Shown here piece after piece: positions 1 through 6,976 of a DNA stretch of 64,000 nt (its first letter is position 1; each line of letters opens with the position of its first letter). The notes below the pieces were generated by a model. That model was not told the DNA's origin, did not search any database, and worked only from the letters and a program-made list of their open reading frames with translations. This stretch comes from a virus. Both the position numbers and the translations under genes were made by a program. The stretch is taken from the IMG/VR virus record IMGVR_UViG_3300027708_001637, one strand, 5' to 3'.

Positions 1-28
1 TTGAACGTAAATTGTTGAATCTATAGGG

Positions 29-57
29 TTGACAGGCCTATCAAAAGGCCTTATAAT
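29..57 (+). promoter_or_regulatory. sigma70-type early promoter P1
   Basis: TTGACA (29-34), 17 bp spacer, TATAAT (52-57). Confidence 0.9.
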
Positions 58-90
58 ACACACATGAACAGCAACACACAGGAGCAGGAA

Positions 91-477
91 ATGGCGTACA
101 CAGATTGGAATTCGCAGGTAGACATCAAGAACATGGTGGGCAAGGTGTTCACTCGCGTCTCGGGCGGAGTGGGCAGCGGCGAGCTGGTGTTTGAAAACGA
201 CACTGAGCGATTCGTGTTCTTCCACTACCAGGACTGCTGCGAGTGCGTGGATATCAACGACATTGTGGGCGACTTGCAGGATTTGGTAGGTGAGCCACTC
301 CTGATCGCTGAAGAAGTGTCAGGTGCTACTGAGCCAGACGAAGAGCACTACGAGAGCTATACCTATACCTTCTACAAGTTCGCTACCCGTCGAGGCTATG
401 TGGACGTTCGCTGGTTGGGTGAGAGCAACGGCTACTACAGCGAAGGCGTGAGCCTGGGACACGAACTGCGGGCTTGA
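91..477 (+). CDS. hypothetical early protein (QDCCE motif)
   Basis: ORF 64..477; start placed at ATG 91 behind GGAG SD at 81-84. Confidence 0.75.
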   Translation: MAYTDWNSQVDIKNMVGKVFTRVSGGVGSGELVFENDTERFVFFHYQDCCECVDINDIVGDLQDLVGEPLLIAEEVSGATEPDEEHYESYTYTFYKFATRRGYVDVRWLGESNGYYSEGVSLGHELRA

Positions 478-502
478 CAGACAGGCCCTACGGCCTTATA
501 AT
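474..502 (+). promoter_or_regulatory. sigma70-type early promoter P2
   Basis: TTGACA (474-479, overlaps upstream TGA stop), 17 bp, TATAAT (497-502). Confidence 0.9.
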
Positions 503-531
503 TGACGCTTACACACACTAAGGAGCTGACC

Positions 532-813
532 ATGCGAGTTGAAGTATTAAAGCCCACCAATGATGACTGGTGCGGATCATATCAAATTGACGGCTACCAC
601 AAGGGTGTTAAGAATCCCATGTTGGTTCAAGTCTTCTTCAACGGCTGGATTGGTGATGGCGTATGGCGTACCTCAGTCTGGGGCAATGATGATTTGGGTA
701 TGGAATTTGACTGCTCTACAGAAGCCGAATGCTGGAACAAGTTCCTCCAAGTGATTGGCATGGAGTACGTGGATGTAGTGGCCCTGCGTGAACTTGGTTT
801 TGTTTCAGCCTAA
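532..813 (+). CDS. hypothetical early protein
   Basis: ORF 502..813; ATG 532 follows TAAGGAG SD. Confidence 0.75.
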   Translation: MRVEVLKPTNDDWCGSYQIDGYHKGVKNPMLVQVFFNGWIGDGVWRTSVWGNDDLGMEFDCSTEAECWNKFLQVIGMEYVDVVALRELGFVSA

Positions 814-818
814 ACGGG

Positions 819-847
819 TTGACAAGGAATGGGTTTGGGCTTATAAT
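819..847 (+). promoter_or_regulatory. sigma70-type early promoter P3
   Basis: TTGACA (819-824), 17 bp, TATAAT (842-847). Confidence 0.9.
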
Positions 848-871
848 ACACGCATACACTAGGAGCACACT

Positions 872-1150
872 ATGCAATGGAACTTAGAAGGCAAACGAAT
901 CAATGGCATCTACCTAGGACTGTTTGTCTACAGTGGCTTGGTTCTGGAAAGCCGTGTCAAATACGGTGGACAGGTCCAGCACACTGTATTGGTAGACGAG
1001 CCCTTCAAAGTCTACGGCGAAGTGCGCGAGCATATCCTTGTGGAGTCAGGCACGGGCGAGATCAATCGCATCCTGGATGAGCGTGATGCGGAGTACGAGG
1101 CACAGAAGACCAACGACACTTGGTACGACGATCAATACGAAATTGAATAA
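872..1150 (+). CDS. hypothetical early protein
   Basis: 92 aa ORF with AGGAG SD behind P3. Confidence 0.75.
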   Translation: MQWNLEGKRINGIYLGLFVYSGLVLESRVKYGGQVQHTVLVDEPFKVYGEVREHILVESGTGEINRILDERDAEYEAQKTNDTWYDDQYEIE

Positions 1151-1159
1151 TCCATTTGG

Positions 1160-1188
1160 TTGACAGGTCTTTCAAAAGGCCGTATAAT
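1160..1188 (+). promoter_or_regulatory. sigma70-type early promoter P4
   Basis: TTGACA (1160-1165), 17 bp, TATAAT (1183-1188). Confidence 0.9.
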
Positions 1189-1221
1189 ACATACATCGCG
1201 CAACACACTAAGGAGCACACT

Positions 1222-1596
1222 ATGTTGGAATTGAAAAGCTGGGATGAGATGTCCACCCTGGAGCAGATGCAAGCCCAGTACTGGGATATGTACAAGGACG
1301 CATACGGCATCCGTCCACGTCATATGAACCTCGAGGCTATGACTGAGGCAGACTTTCTAGCAGAGTTCAAAATCCTGGGTGAGGCGATTGAGCGCGAAGC
1401 GGCCATTCGCAAAGAGAACGAGCACAAGGCCGAAGTGGACTTTGAAATGCGGGTGCAGAACCTGCTGGTAACGGGCGCACGGGATCGTGCTATGGCACTC
1501 CGTTGGATACACGAGGCAGAAGGTAGCAACGGTGACGACGAGTTCCTGTGCTACTTGGTGGGCCTGCCCTATGGATATTTCCGTAAACGGGCTTGA
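1222..1596 (+). CDS. hypothetical early protein
   Basis: ORF 1156..1596; ATG 1222 follows TAAGGAG SD. Confidence 0.75.
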   Translation: MLELKSWDEMSTLEQMQAQYWDMYKDAYGIRPRHMNLEAMTEADFLAEFKILGEAIEREAAIRKENEHKAEVDFEMRVQNLLVTGARDRAMALRWIHEAEGSNGDDEFLCYLVGLPYGYFRKRA

Positions 1597-1621
1597 CAAC
1601 TAGGCCAAATGGCCTTATAAT
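1593..1621 (+). promoter_or_regulatory. sigma70-type early promoter P5
   Basis: TTGACA (1593-1598, overlaps upstream TGA), 17 bp, TATAAT (1616-1621). Confidence 0.9.
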
Positions 1622-1648
1622 ACATACATCGCAACAAAGGAGCAAGAG

Positions 1649-1738
1649 ATGGACACTGCACTCGTAAACCTCATCATCATATTGGCACCCATTTGGATTA
1701 TGGGCATTGCCGTTATGTTACACGAAATCTTTAACTAA
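1649..1738 (+). CDS. 29-aa single-transmembrane peptide (not in ORF track)
   Basis: MDTALVNLIIILAPIWIMGIAVMLHEIFN*, AAGGAG SD, first gene behind P5. Confidence 0.65.
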   Translation: MDTALVNLIIILAPIWIMGIAVMLHEIFN

Positions 1739-1748
1739 GGAGCCAACC

Positions 1749-1991
1749 ATGAGCGTAGAATTTACCATTGTGGGACTGAACGAGAAACAACGAGTCCTGG
1801 CTGATATCATGTGGGGCTTGGATGGACTTGATCAGGTCAACGCATTCATTGCCACACTGCCTAAACGGGATCAAACGGAATGCCGCTCTATCATTGAACT
1901 GATGAAGATGGCCCTTGTGGAACAATGCTACGATGGCATCAGCGAGATGGATCAAGCGAAATCAGTGCTTGACAAGATTGCCAAACGATAG
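1749..1991 (+). CDS. hypothetical early protein
   Basis: ORF 1707..1991; ATG 1749 follows TAAGGAG SD. Confidence 0.75.
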   Translation: MSVEFTIVGLNEKQRVLADIMWGLDGLDQVNAFIATLPKRDQTECRSIIELMKMALVEQCYDGISEMDQAKSVLDKIAKR

Positions 1992-1997
1992 TACAAT
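1969..1997 (+). promoter_or_regulatory. sigma70-type early promoter P6
   Basis: TTGACA (1969-1974), 17 bp, TACAAT (1992-1997). Confidence 0.8.
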
Positions 1998-2021
1998 ACA
2001 CACTCAACTAAGGAGCAAGAG

Positions 2022-2243
2022 ATGGACAGATATCACGTCGTATACGAAACCCGTCATGGTAGCCCATACGATCGCGGCTCAGCAGATAGCTATTACCGCA
2101 GGGAATATAATCCCCACTACTACCGGGGAGCCACAGGCACTACTGATCGGGTCACCCTTAAGGACATGACACCCGATGAGATCGTGGCCTATACCGCAGG
2201 CTATGAAGACAACGAAGACGAAGGTCTTCACAAAGAGTGGTAA
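2022..2243 (+). CDS. small hypothetical early protein (HGSPYDRGSADSYY motif)
   Basis: 73 aa ORF with TAAGGAG SD. Confidence 0.75.
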   Translation: MDRYHVVYETRHGSPYDRGSADSYYRREYNPHYYRGATGTTDRVTLKDMTPDEIVAYTAGYEDNEDEGLHKEW

Positions 2244-2250
2244 AACCCTC

Positions 2251-2279
2251 TTGACAATGAGGCCGCAAGGCCTTATAAT
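2251..2279 (+). promoter_or_regulatory. sigma70-type early promoter P7
   Basis: TTGACA (2251-2256), 17 bp, TATAAT (2274-2279). Confidence 0.9.
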
Positions 2280-2303
2280 CAACACTCAACTAAGGAACAC
2301 GCA

Positions 2304-2450
2304 ATGATCAAATCCATCCCAAGCTCCACTGGCGGTGTCATTACTCCTCTCATCGAAAAGGGTGTCCAGGTTGGCATCCGACACACCGCTGGCAAGGCCT
2401 ACACTGGCAAGATTGCCCAGCAGGAAGCCCGACAAAAGAAGGTCAAATAA
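2304..2450 (+). CDS. 48-aa basic hypothetical protein (not in ORF track)
   Basis: MIKSIPSSTGG...RQKKVK*, TAAGGA SD, sole gene behind P7. Confidence 0.65.
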   Translation: MIKSIPSSTGGVITPLIEKGVQVGIRHTAGKAYTGKIAQQEARQKKVK

Positions 2451-2463
2451 ATTACCTAAAGGC

Positions 2464-2492
2464 TTGACGAACACTACGAACGGCCTTATAAT
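2464..2492 (+). promoter_or_regulatory. sigma70-type early promoter P8
   Basis: TTGACG (2464-2469), 17 bp, TATAAT (2487-2492). Confidence 0.85.
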
Positions 2493-2523
2493 ACTAGCAT
2501 TGCAACACACTAAGGAGCACACT

Positions 2524-3348
2524 ATGCCAAGAGGTTACAGAAACGATGGTCAACCCCGCCAACGTCGAGATGGTTCTGGTCCACTAACTGCAAAGGTCAC
2601 TATGCCCGTAAGCCAAGTCGTTCCCTCACGCTTTTCCATTAACCAACGCTTTGGCTTTGTCACTGACATGGTCAATATGGTGGCACAGGGCACCCAAGCA
2701 AGTGTAGTTATTTGCGGCCCTGGCGGACTAGGCAAGAGTCATACTGTTATGACCGCACTGAAAAACAAGGGCTTCCAGGACATTACACTGGCAGATAATA
2801 ATACCCGCGCAAACAAGAGTTATACTGTGGTCAAAGGCTATAGTACTGCAAAAGGCCTGTTCCGTTTACTGTGGGAAAACAAAGACGGCGTACTGGTATT
2901 TGACGACTGCGATTCAGTATTAAAAGATCCAGTTAGTCTCTCGCTATTGAAAAGCGCATTGGACAGTTATAGCCGCCGTGTTATTACTTGGCGCGCAGAC
3001 TTTAAAGACGACGATATTCCCAACAGTTTCCTGTTTACTGGTCGTGTAGTATTCATTTCCAATATGAACACGCAACAGTTAGACCAAGCGGTGGTAACTC
3101 GTAGTTTGTGCGTGGACTTGAGTATGACCACACTGCAAAAGGTCGAGCGTATGCAACACTTATTGACCAACGCAGACTTTATGCCCGAGTATGAAATGAA
3201 TCATAAACGGGATGCCATGCAGTTAATTGCCCGTGTGCAAGACAGCGTTAAAGAGCTGAGCCTGCGTACACTGATCCAATGCGTTAAGATCCGCACTGCT
3301 AATACCCGTAACTGGGAAGAACTGGCAGAGTACGCGATCTGCGGCTAA
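2524..3348 (+). CDS. AAA+ family ATPase
   Basis: Walker A GPGGLGKS, Walker B VLVFDD, sensor ISN; ATG 2524 after TAAGGAG SD. Confidence 0.8.
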   Translation: MPRGYRNDGQPRQRRDGSGPLTAKVTMPVSQVVPSRFSINQRFGFVTDMVNMVAQGTQASVVICGPGGLGKSHTVMTALKNKGFQDITLADNNTRANKSYTVVKGYSTAKGLFRLLWENKDGVLVFDDCDSVLKDPVSLSLLKSALDSYSRRVITWRADFKDDDIPNSFLFTGRVVFISNMNTQQLDQAVVTRSLCVDLSMTTLQKVERMQHLLTNADFMPEYEMNHKRDAMQLIARVQDSVKELSLRTLIQCVKIRTANTRNWEELAEYAICG

Positions 3349-3362
3349 GCCTACAAAGGGGG

Positions 3363-3391
3363 TTGACAGCCCCCGCCATTGACACTATAAT
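3363..3391 (+). promoter_or_regulatory. sigma70-type early promoter P9
   Basis: TTGACA (3363-3368), 17 bp, TATAAT (3386-3391); -35 flanked by GGGGG/CCCCC inverted repeat. Confidence 0.9.
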
Positions 3392-3419
3392 TATGGCTTA
3401 CACACACTAAGGAGCTAGT

Positions 3420-3599
3420 ATGCAGAACCCCATCCCCCACAGTAATATGTTCGTTACTGAGTCCCTGAAGGCAGTGTTTGAACGCATTGAGCGCTTGAGC
3501 AACCGACAGGAACGAGCACTGGCCTATCAAATTGCAATGACCGTGCTAAACGCTTGCCATGAGGCAGTGCAAAAAGAGCTTGACGCTGAGACTGTTTGA
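3420..3599 (+). CDS. 59-aa hypothetical protein (not in ORF track)
   Basis: MQNPIPHSNMF...ELDAETV*, TAAGGAG SD behind P9. Confidence 0.7.
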   Translation: MQNPIPHSNMFVTESLKAVFERIERLSNRQERALAYQIAMTVLNACHEAVQKELDAETV

Positions 3600-3608
3600 T
3601 CGTATAAT
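3580..3608 (+). promoter_or_regulatory. sigma70-type early promoter P10
   Basis: TTGACG (3580-3585), 17 bp, TATAAT (3603-3608). Confidence 0.85.
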
Positions 3609-3636
3609 ATAGACTTACACACACTAGGAGCTGACT

Positions 3637-3984
3637 ATGGAACTTACCCAACAACAAGTAGAGCAGATCGTTAACGATGCAATGACCACTGCACACCAAG
3701 CGGCCCAGCGAGCACTGGCTGAACACGGCGACAGAGACTGCTGTGGCTTTGCTTGGGTTAACATTTGGGAACACAACGGCAAGAAGATCCGTGCCAACAG
3801 TAAGCTGGGCAAGGCACTTGCAGCCGCAGGTGTACGCAAGGACTGGCAAGGCGCATACTGCCTGTGGAACCCTAGCAAACTAGGCGTGCAGAGTATGGGC
3901 ATACTGGAAGCAGGTGCGTATGCGGCTGCTGAAGTGTTCAAACTGCACGGCTTTAAGGCCTACGCTGGCTCGCGTATGGACTAA
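3637..3984 (+). CDS. hypothetical early protein (DCCGFAWV motif)
   Basis: 115 aa ORF with AGGAG SD. Confidence 0.75.
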   Translation: MELTQQQVEQIVNDAMTTAHQAAQRALAEHGDRDCCGFAWVNIWEHNGKKIRANSKLGKALAAAGVRKDWQGAYCLWNPSKLGVQSMGILEAGAYAAAEVFKLHGFKAYAGSRMD

Positions 3985-4053
3985 CTGATTGCTCCGGACG
4001 GGGCTGGGGGGTAGTGCCCCTAGTAACAGGCCCCGTCCACATATAAAAGGATT

Positions 4054-4078
4054 GGACCGTAATGGTCCTTTCTTTTTG
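4054..4078 (+). terminator. intrinsic terminator closing the early array
   Basis: GGACC-GTAAT-GGTCC hairpin followed by TTTCTTTTT. Confidence 0.7.
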
Positions 4079-4394
4079 ACCTGAGTGGTTGGTGGGTGGG
4101 GCGGTGGTCGTACAAAACGAAAACTGTTGTACAAAAGCAACAACTTGCTTGCCAAAAATTCTATCAAATCTTTCTATCAAAAAAATCCTAAATTCCACTC
4201 TTTAAAAAACCCGAGTTATAGTAGAACCACTCAGATCTAAATCTCCAGGTCTTTTTATTATTTTTTCACAGGTTTTGGGCTAGTATATAGGTCGGTGTCC
4301 CCAGCACCTTAGAAACTCTGACTAAATCTAAAGATGCCACTCAAAAATTTTTACGCGCCAAATTTTTGCTAGTGTATATAGACCTGGACTGCCA

Positions 4395-4712
4395 CTATGA
4401 CCCAAACTTCAGCAAGTATAGTAAGTATCTAGCATCGTCCACTACAGTGTATTCATCAGTAATCATACTGTTGTTATCCAGTATAACCTTCAATCCCCAC
4501 TGTTGTTCTAGCCATACGTGATATGTATTGGGAGTGGGGCAGTGTGTTCTTGCTCTTTTTAAACGTGCCCAATGTTGATCGCGTTTGATGCGCAGTTGAG
4601 TCAGTTCACTACTAACTGCCAGTATCTGTTCATTAACGTCTTCCATGTTATAACTAGGGTTATTGAGTTCGTCGTCCATAGTGTATATAGTGTGAGTAGA
4701 ATCAAGAGCCAC
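4395..4712 (-). CDS. hypothetical protein
   Basis: 105 aa ORF fitting the - strand gene run; start uncertain. Confidence 0.5.
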   Translation of the reverse strand: MALDSTHTIYTMDDELNNPSYNMEDVNEQILAVSSELTQLRIKRDQHWARLKRARTHCPTPNTYHVWLEQQWGLKVILDNNSMITDEYTVVDDARYLLYLLKFGS

Positions 4713-4772
4713 TCATAATATTGAGTATTAACTATGTAGATAATAGAGTATAAAAATCTTGCTTTGATGCTT

Positions 4773-5717
4773 TCAGCGCTTCGCGCTTCGCGCAGGGACG
4801 TCAGCTAACGTCCTAGCCAATCCTTGACTTAATGTGTATTGGGGATGCCAGTACAGTTCTTTTTGGATTTTGGTACAGTCAATACTGTATCTTCTATCGT
4901 GGCCCTTACGATCTTCCACGTGATCTATTAAGCTATAGGGCTTGTCCAGTAAGTCACATATCATCTTTACCAGCTCAATATTGGTAATTTCTTGGTGATC
5001 TGCTTGTCCAATGTTATATACTTGGCCTGGCTGGCCTTTATCTGCCACTTGTGTCAATGCTAGGCAGTGATCCCGTACATAGAGCCAATCTCTTATTTGT
5101 AAGCCATCTCCATACACGGGTACTGGTTTATTCGCTTGTAAACTGCGGATGATAGTGGGAATCATCTTTTCTTGGTGCTGTCTCGGACCATAGTTGTTGG
5201 AGCAGTGGGTAATTATGGCAGGTAGATTATAAGTATGGTGCCAAGCTGTAACTAGATGGTCAGAGGCAGCTTTGGTAGCACTGTAGGGATTACGAGTGTG
5301 GTATGGGGTCAATTCGTTGGTACTGCCCTGGGCCACGTGTCCATATACTTCATCAGTGCTTATGTGTATAAAGCGTTCCACTGGGTATTTGACCACAGCA
5401 TTGAGCAAGTTTGCAGTGCCAATAATGTTACTTTGAATAAAAGGGGCAACATCTAGTATACTGTTGTCCACGTGAGTTTCGGCAGCTAGATGATAAACTA
5501 GGGAGATATCATACTTGCGAAATATGTATTCCAGTGGTATGTTGTCAGTGAGATCCACTATTTCTGTGGGGATATTTCTCGCCTTTAAAGAATCGTAATA
5601 GGCAGCATTGGCCGCATAGCCCAAGTTATCTAAAGCCACTACAGACTGCCCTTGTTCTTCCAGTAGATCAACTAGGTGGCTACCAATAAAACCCAGTGCA
5701 CCAGTTACCAGTATCAT
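4773..5717 (-). CDS. rfbB: dTDP-glucose 4,6-dehydratase
   Basis: TGALGFIG Rossmann motif, HLAAETHVD, STDEVYG, YSATK, NNYGP. Confidence 0.92.
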   Translation of the reverse strand: MILVTGALGFIGSHLVDLLEEQGQSVVALDNLGYAANAAYYDSLKARNIPTEIVDLTDNIPLEYIFRKYDISLVYHLAAETHVDNSILDVAPFIQSNIIGTANLLNAVVKYPVERFIHISTDEVYGHVAQGSTNELTPYHTRNPYSATKAASDHLVTAWHHTYNLPAIITHCSNNYGPRQHQEKMIPTIIRSLQANKPVPVYGDGLQIRDWLYVRDHCLALTQVADKGQPGQVYNIGQADHQEITNIELVKMICDLLDKPYSLIDHVEDRKGHDRRYSIDCTKIQKELYWHPQYTLSQGLARTLADVPARSAKR

Positions 5718-6235
5718 AGCACTTGCCTGTCAAATATACACTGTAGTTCGTCCAGTGCTAGTTGATAGTTCTGTGTCACGTGAATAGCCGTGCCGCCTCG
5801 AGCACGCCATTCCTGTATATTGCTCACTCTATCATCCACCAGTATGTCACCAGGACGGCAGTGATGTTGCTTGTCTTGACTGTAGGGGCCAAAGTTTACA
5901 CGTATGCCTGGAAAGTATTGGTTCATCCAATCAATCTTATCCTGAAACACATCCGGAAAGTCATTGTCCCGGGGAATGGCAGTGAGCATACGCAGGTTAT
6001 AGCCCAGTTCTGATTCATAGCGGCGTGCCAGTGTGACCAGTTCGTGTGCGCGGGGCATGGGTGGTAGATCCCTGAAAAATCGGGGATAGTCCAGGATTCT
6101 GCGCCACTTGTCATCGGGATAGCGGCCGTCAAGTACAGCTTGATTTAGTTCTTCGGGGGTCAGCTGCATTAGGGTTTTGGCATGGGCGTCAAAGTCGGCA
6201 ACGACCCCATCCATGTCTAAGTATAAAGTATTCAT
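5714..6235 (-). CDS. HAD-family 5'(3')-deoxyribonucleotidase-like protein
   Basis: YLDMDGVVADF motif I and ILVDD motif IV; start at ATG 6235. Confidence 0.8.
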   Translation of the reverse strand: MNTLYLDMDGVVADFDAHAKTLMQLTPEELNQAVLDGRYPDDKWRRILDYPRFFRDLPPMPRAHELVTLARRYESELGYNLRMLTAIPRDNDFPDVFQDKIDWMNQYFPGIRVNFGPYSQDKQHHCRPGDILVDDRVSNIQEWRARGGTAIHVTQNYQLALDELQCIFDRQVL

Positions 6236-6242
6236 ACTACTA

Positions 6243-6944
6243 TTATATACTAAGGCTACGGTTGTGAGCAATATCTAATAGTTGTTGTAGTTTACCAATC
6301 GAGTCGTCGTTACGTAGACTTTTGAATACCAAATTGGGTATGGAAAATTCACCTTTTGGGGTTTTCAATCCCAATTTACGATAATGGCGCAGCAGCTTCA
6401 TTGTATGTTGGGCAGCGGCGATATTTTTATTCTTGGTAGCGTGTTTAATAACTGTATGCCAATGACCAACTTTTTCTTTTACATCTTGCTCGTCATAGTC
6501 AGCAAATTCAGGAGGCTGTGGCTTTTTGACCCAGGCCTTGTCAAGTACGCTGTAACAGCCGCCACTCACAGCTGGCATATCCGCATCTTCCACGTATAGT
6601 TCTACTGGGATCTTGTGCACGTTGATATTGCGAGTTTTCTTGTAAAGTAAGCGTTTGGTATCTAATAGTTCGTGTATTTCTCTATCGCACTTGACTTGAC
6701 TGAGATCTGCAATAATGTGCAGGTCAATGTCACTGTGGCTGGTGTAGGTATAATTTGCGTTACCGCCAGTGATCACAATGTCTTTGATATCCAAATCTAT
6801 ATCTAGAAAGTCTATAAAATCTTCGGCAATGCGTAGTAGTGCTCCGTGAACCGCGCCTTGCAGTGTGCCTCGGGCTTCCCAAATTTTGGGATTAAGAGTA
6901 AGGTGTTGCCCGATAGGCGGTTCAAATAGTTCCAGCAAGTTCAT
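6243..6944 (-). CDS. Pol-beta superfamily nucleotidyltransferase
   Basis: GGNANYTYTSHSDIDLH (GG-x-DxD) plus third acidic strand VELYVED. Confidence 0.75.
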   Translation of the reverse strand: MNLLELFEPPIGQHLTLNPKIWEARGTLQGAVHGALLRIAEDFIDFLDIDLDIKDIVITGGNANYTYTSHSDIDLHIIADLSQVKCDREIHELLDTKRLLYKKTRNINVHKIPVELYVEDADMPAVSGGCYSVLDKAWVKKPQPPEFADYDEQDVKEKVGHWHTVIKHATKNKNIAAAQHTMKLLRHYRKLGLKTPKGEFSIPNLVFKSLRNDDSIGKLQQLLDIAHNRSLSI

Positions 6945-6950
6945 AAGTAA

Positions 6951-6958
6951 TATTTATA
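6951..6958 (-). promoter_or_regulatory. T4-type late promoter
   Basis: TATAAATA, exact T4 gp55 consensus, 6 nt upstream of ATG 6944. Confidence 0.75.
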
Positions 6959-6976
6959 TAGAGTAAATATATCTAT

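Larger units (their letters stand above)
73..3631 (+). repeat. dispersed leader repeat ACACAC(A)CTAAGGAGC in front of early genes
   Basis: about 11 copies; exact 25-bp identity 1200-1224 vs 2502-2526 and 21-bp identity 507-527 vs 3396-3416. Confidence 0.9.

Noticed and set aside
29-3640. CRISPR-like array suggested by regularly recurring repeats
   Set aside because: Repeats are promoter/SD elements of variable sequence separated by 90-830 bp ORFs, not constant repeats with 30-40 bp spacers; no cas genes.
3996-4400. tRNA or other known RNA gene in the boundary region
   Set aside because: No cloverleaf, T-loop (GTTCRA) or CCA pattern recognised; no tRNA seen anywhere in the window by eye.
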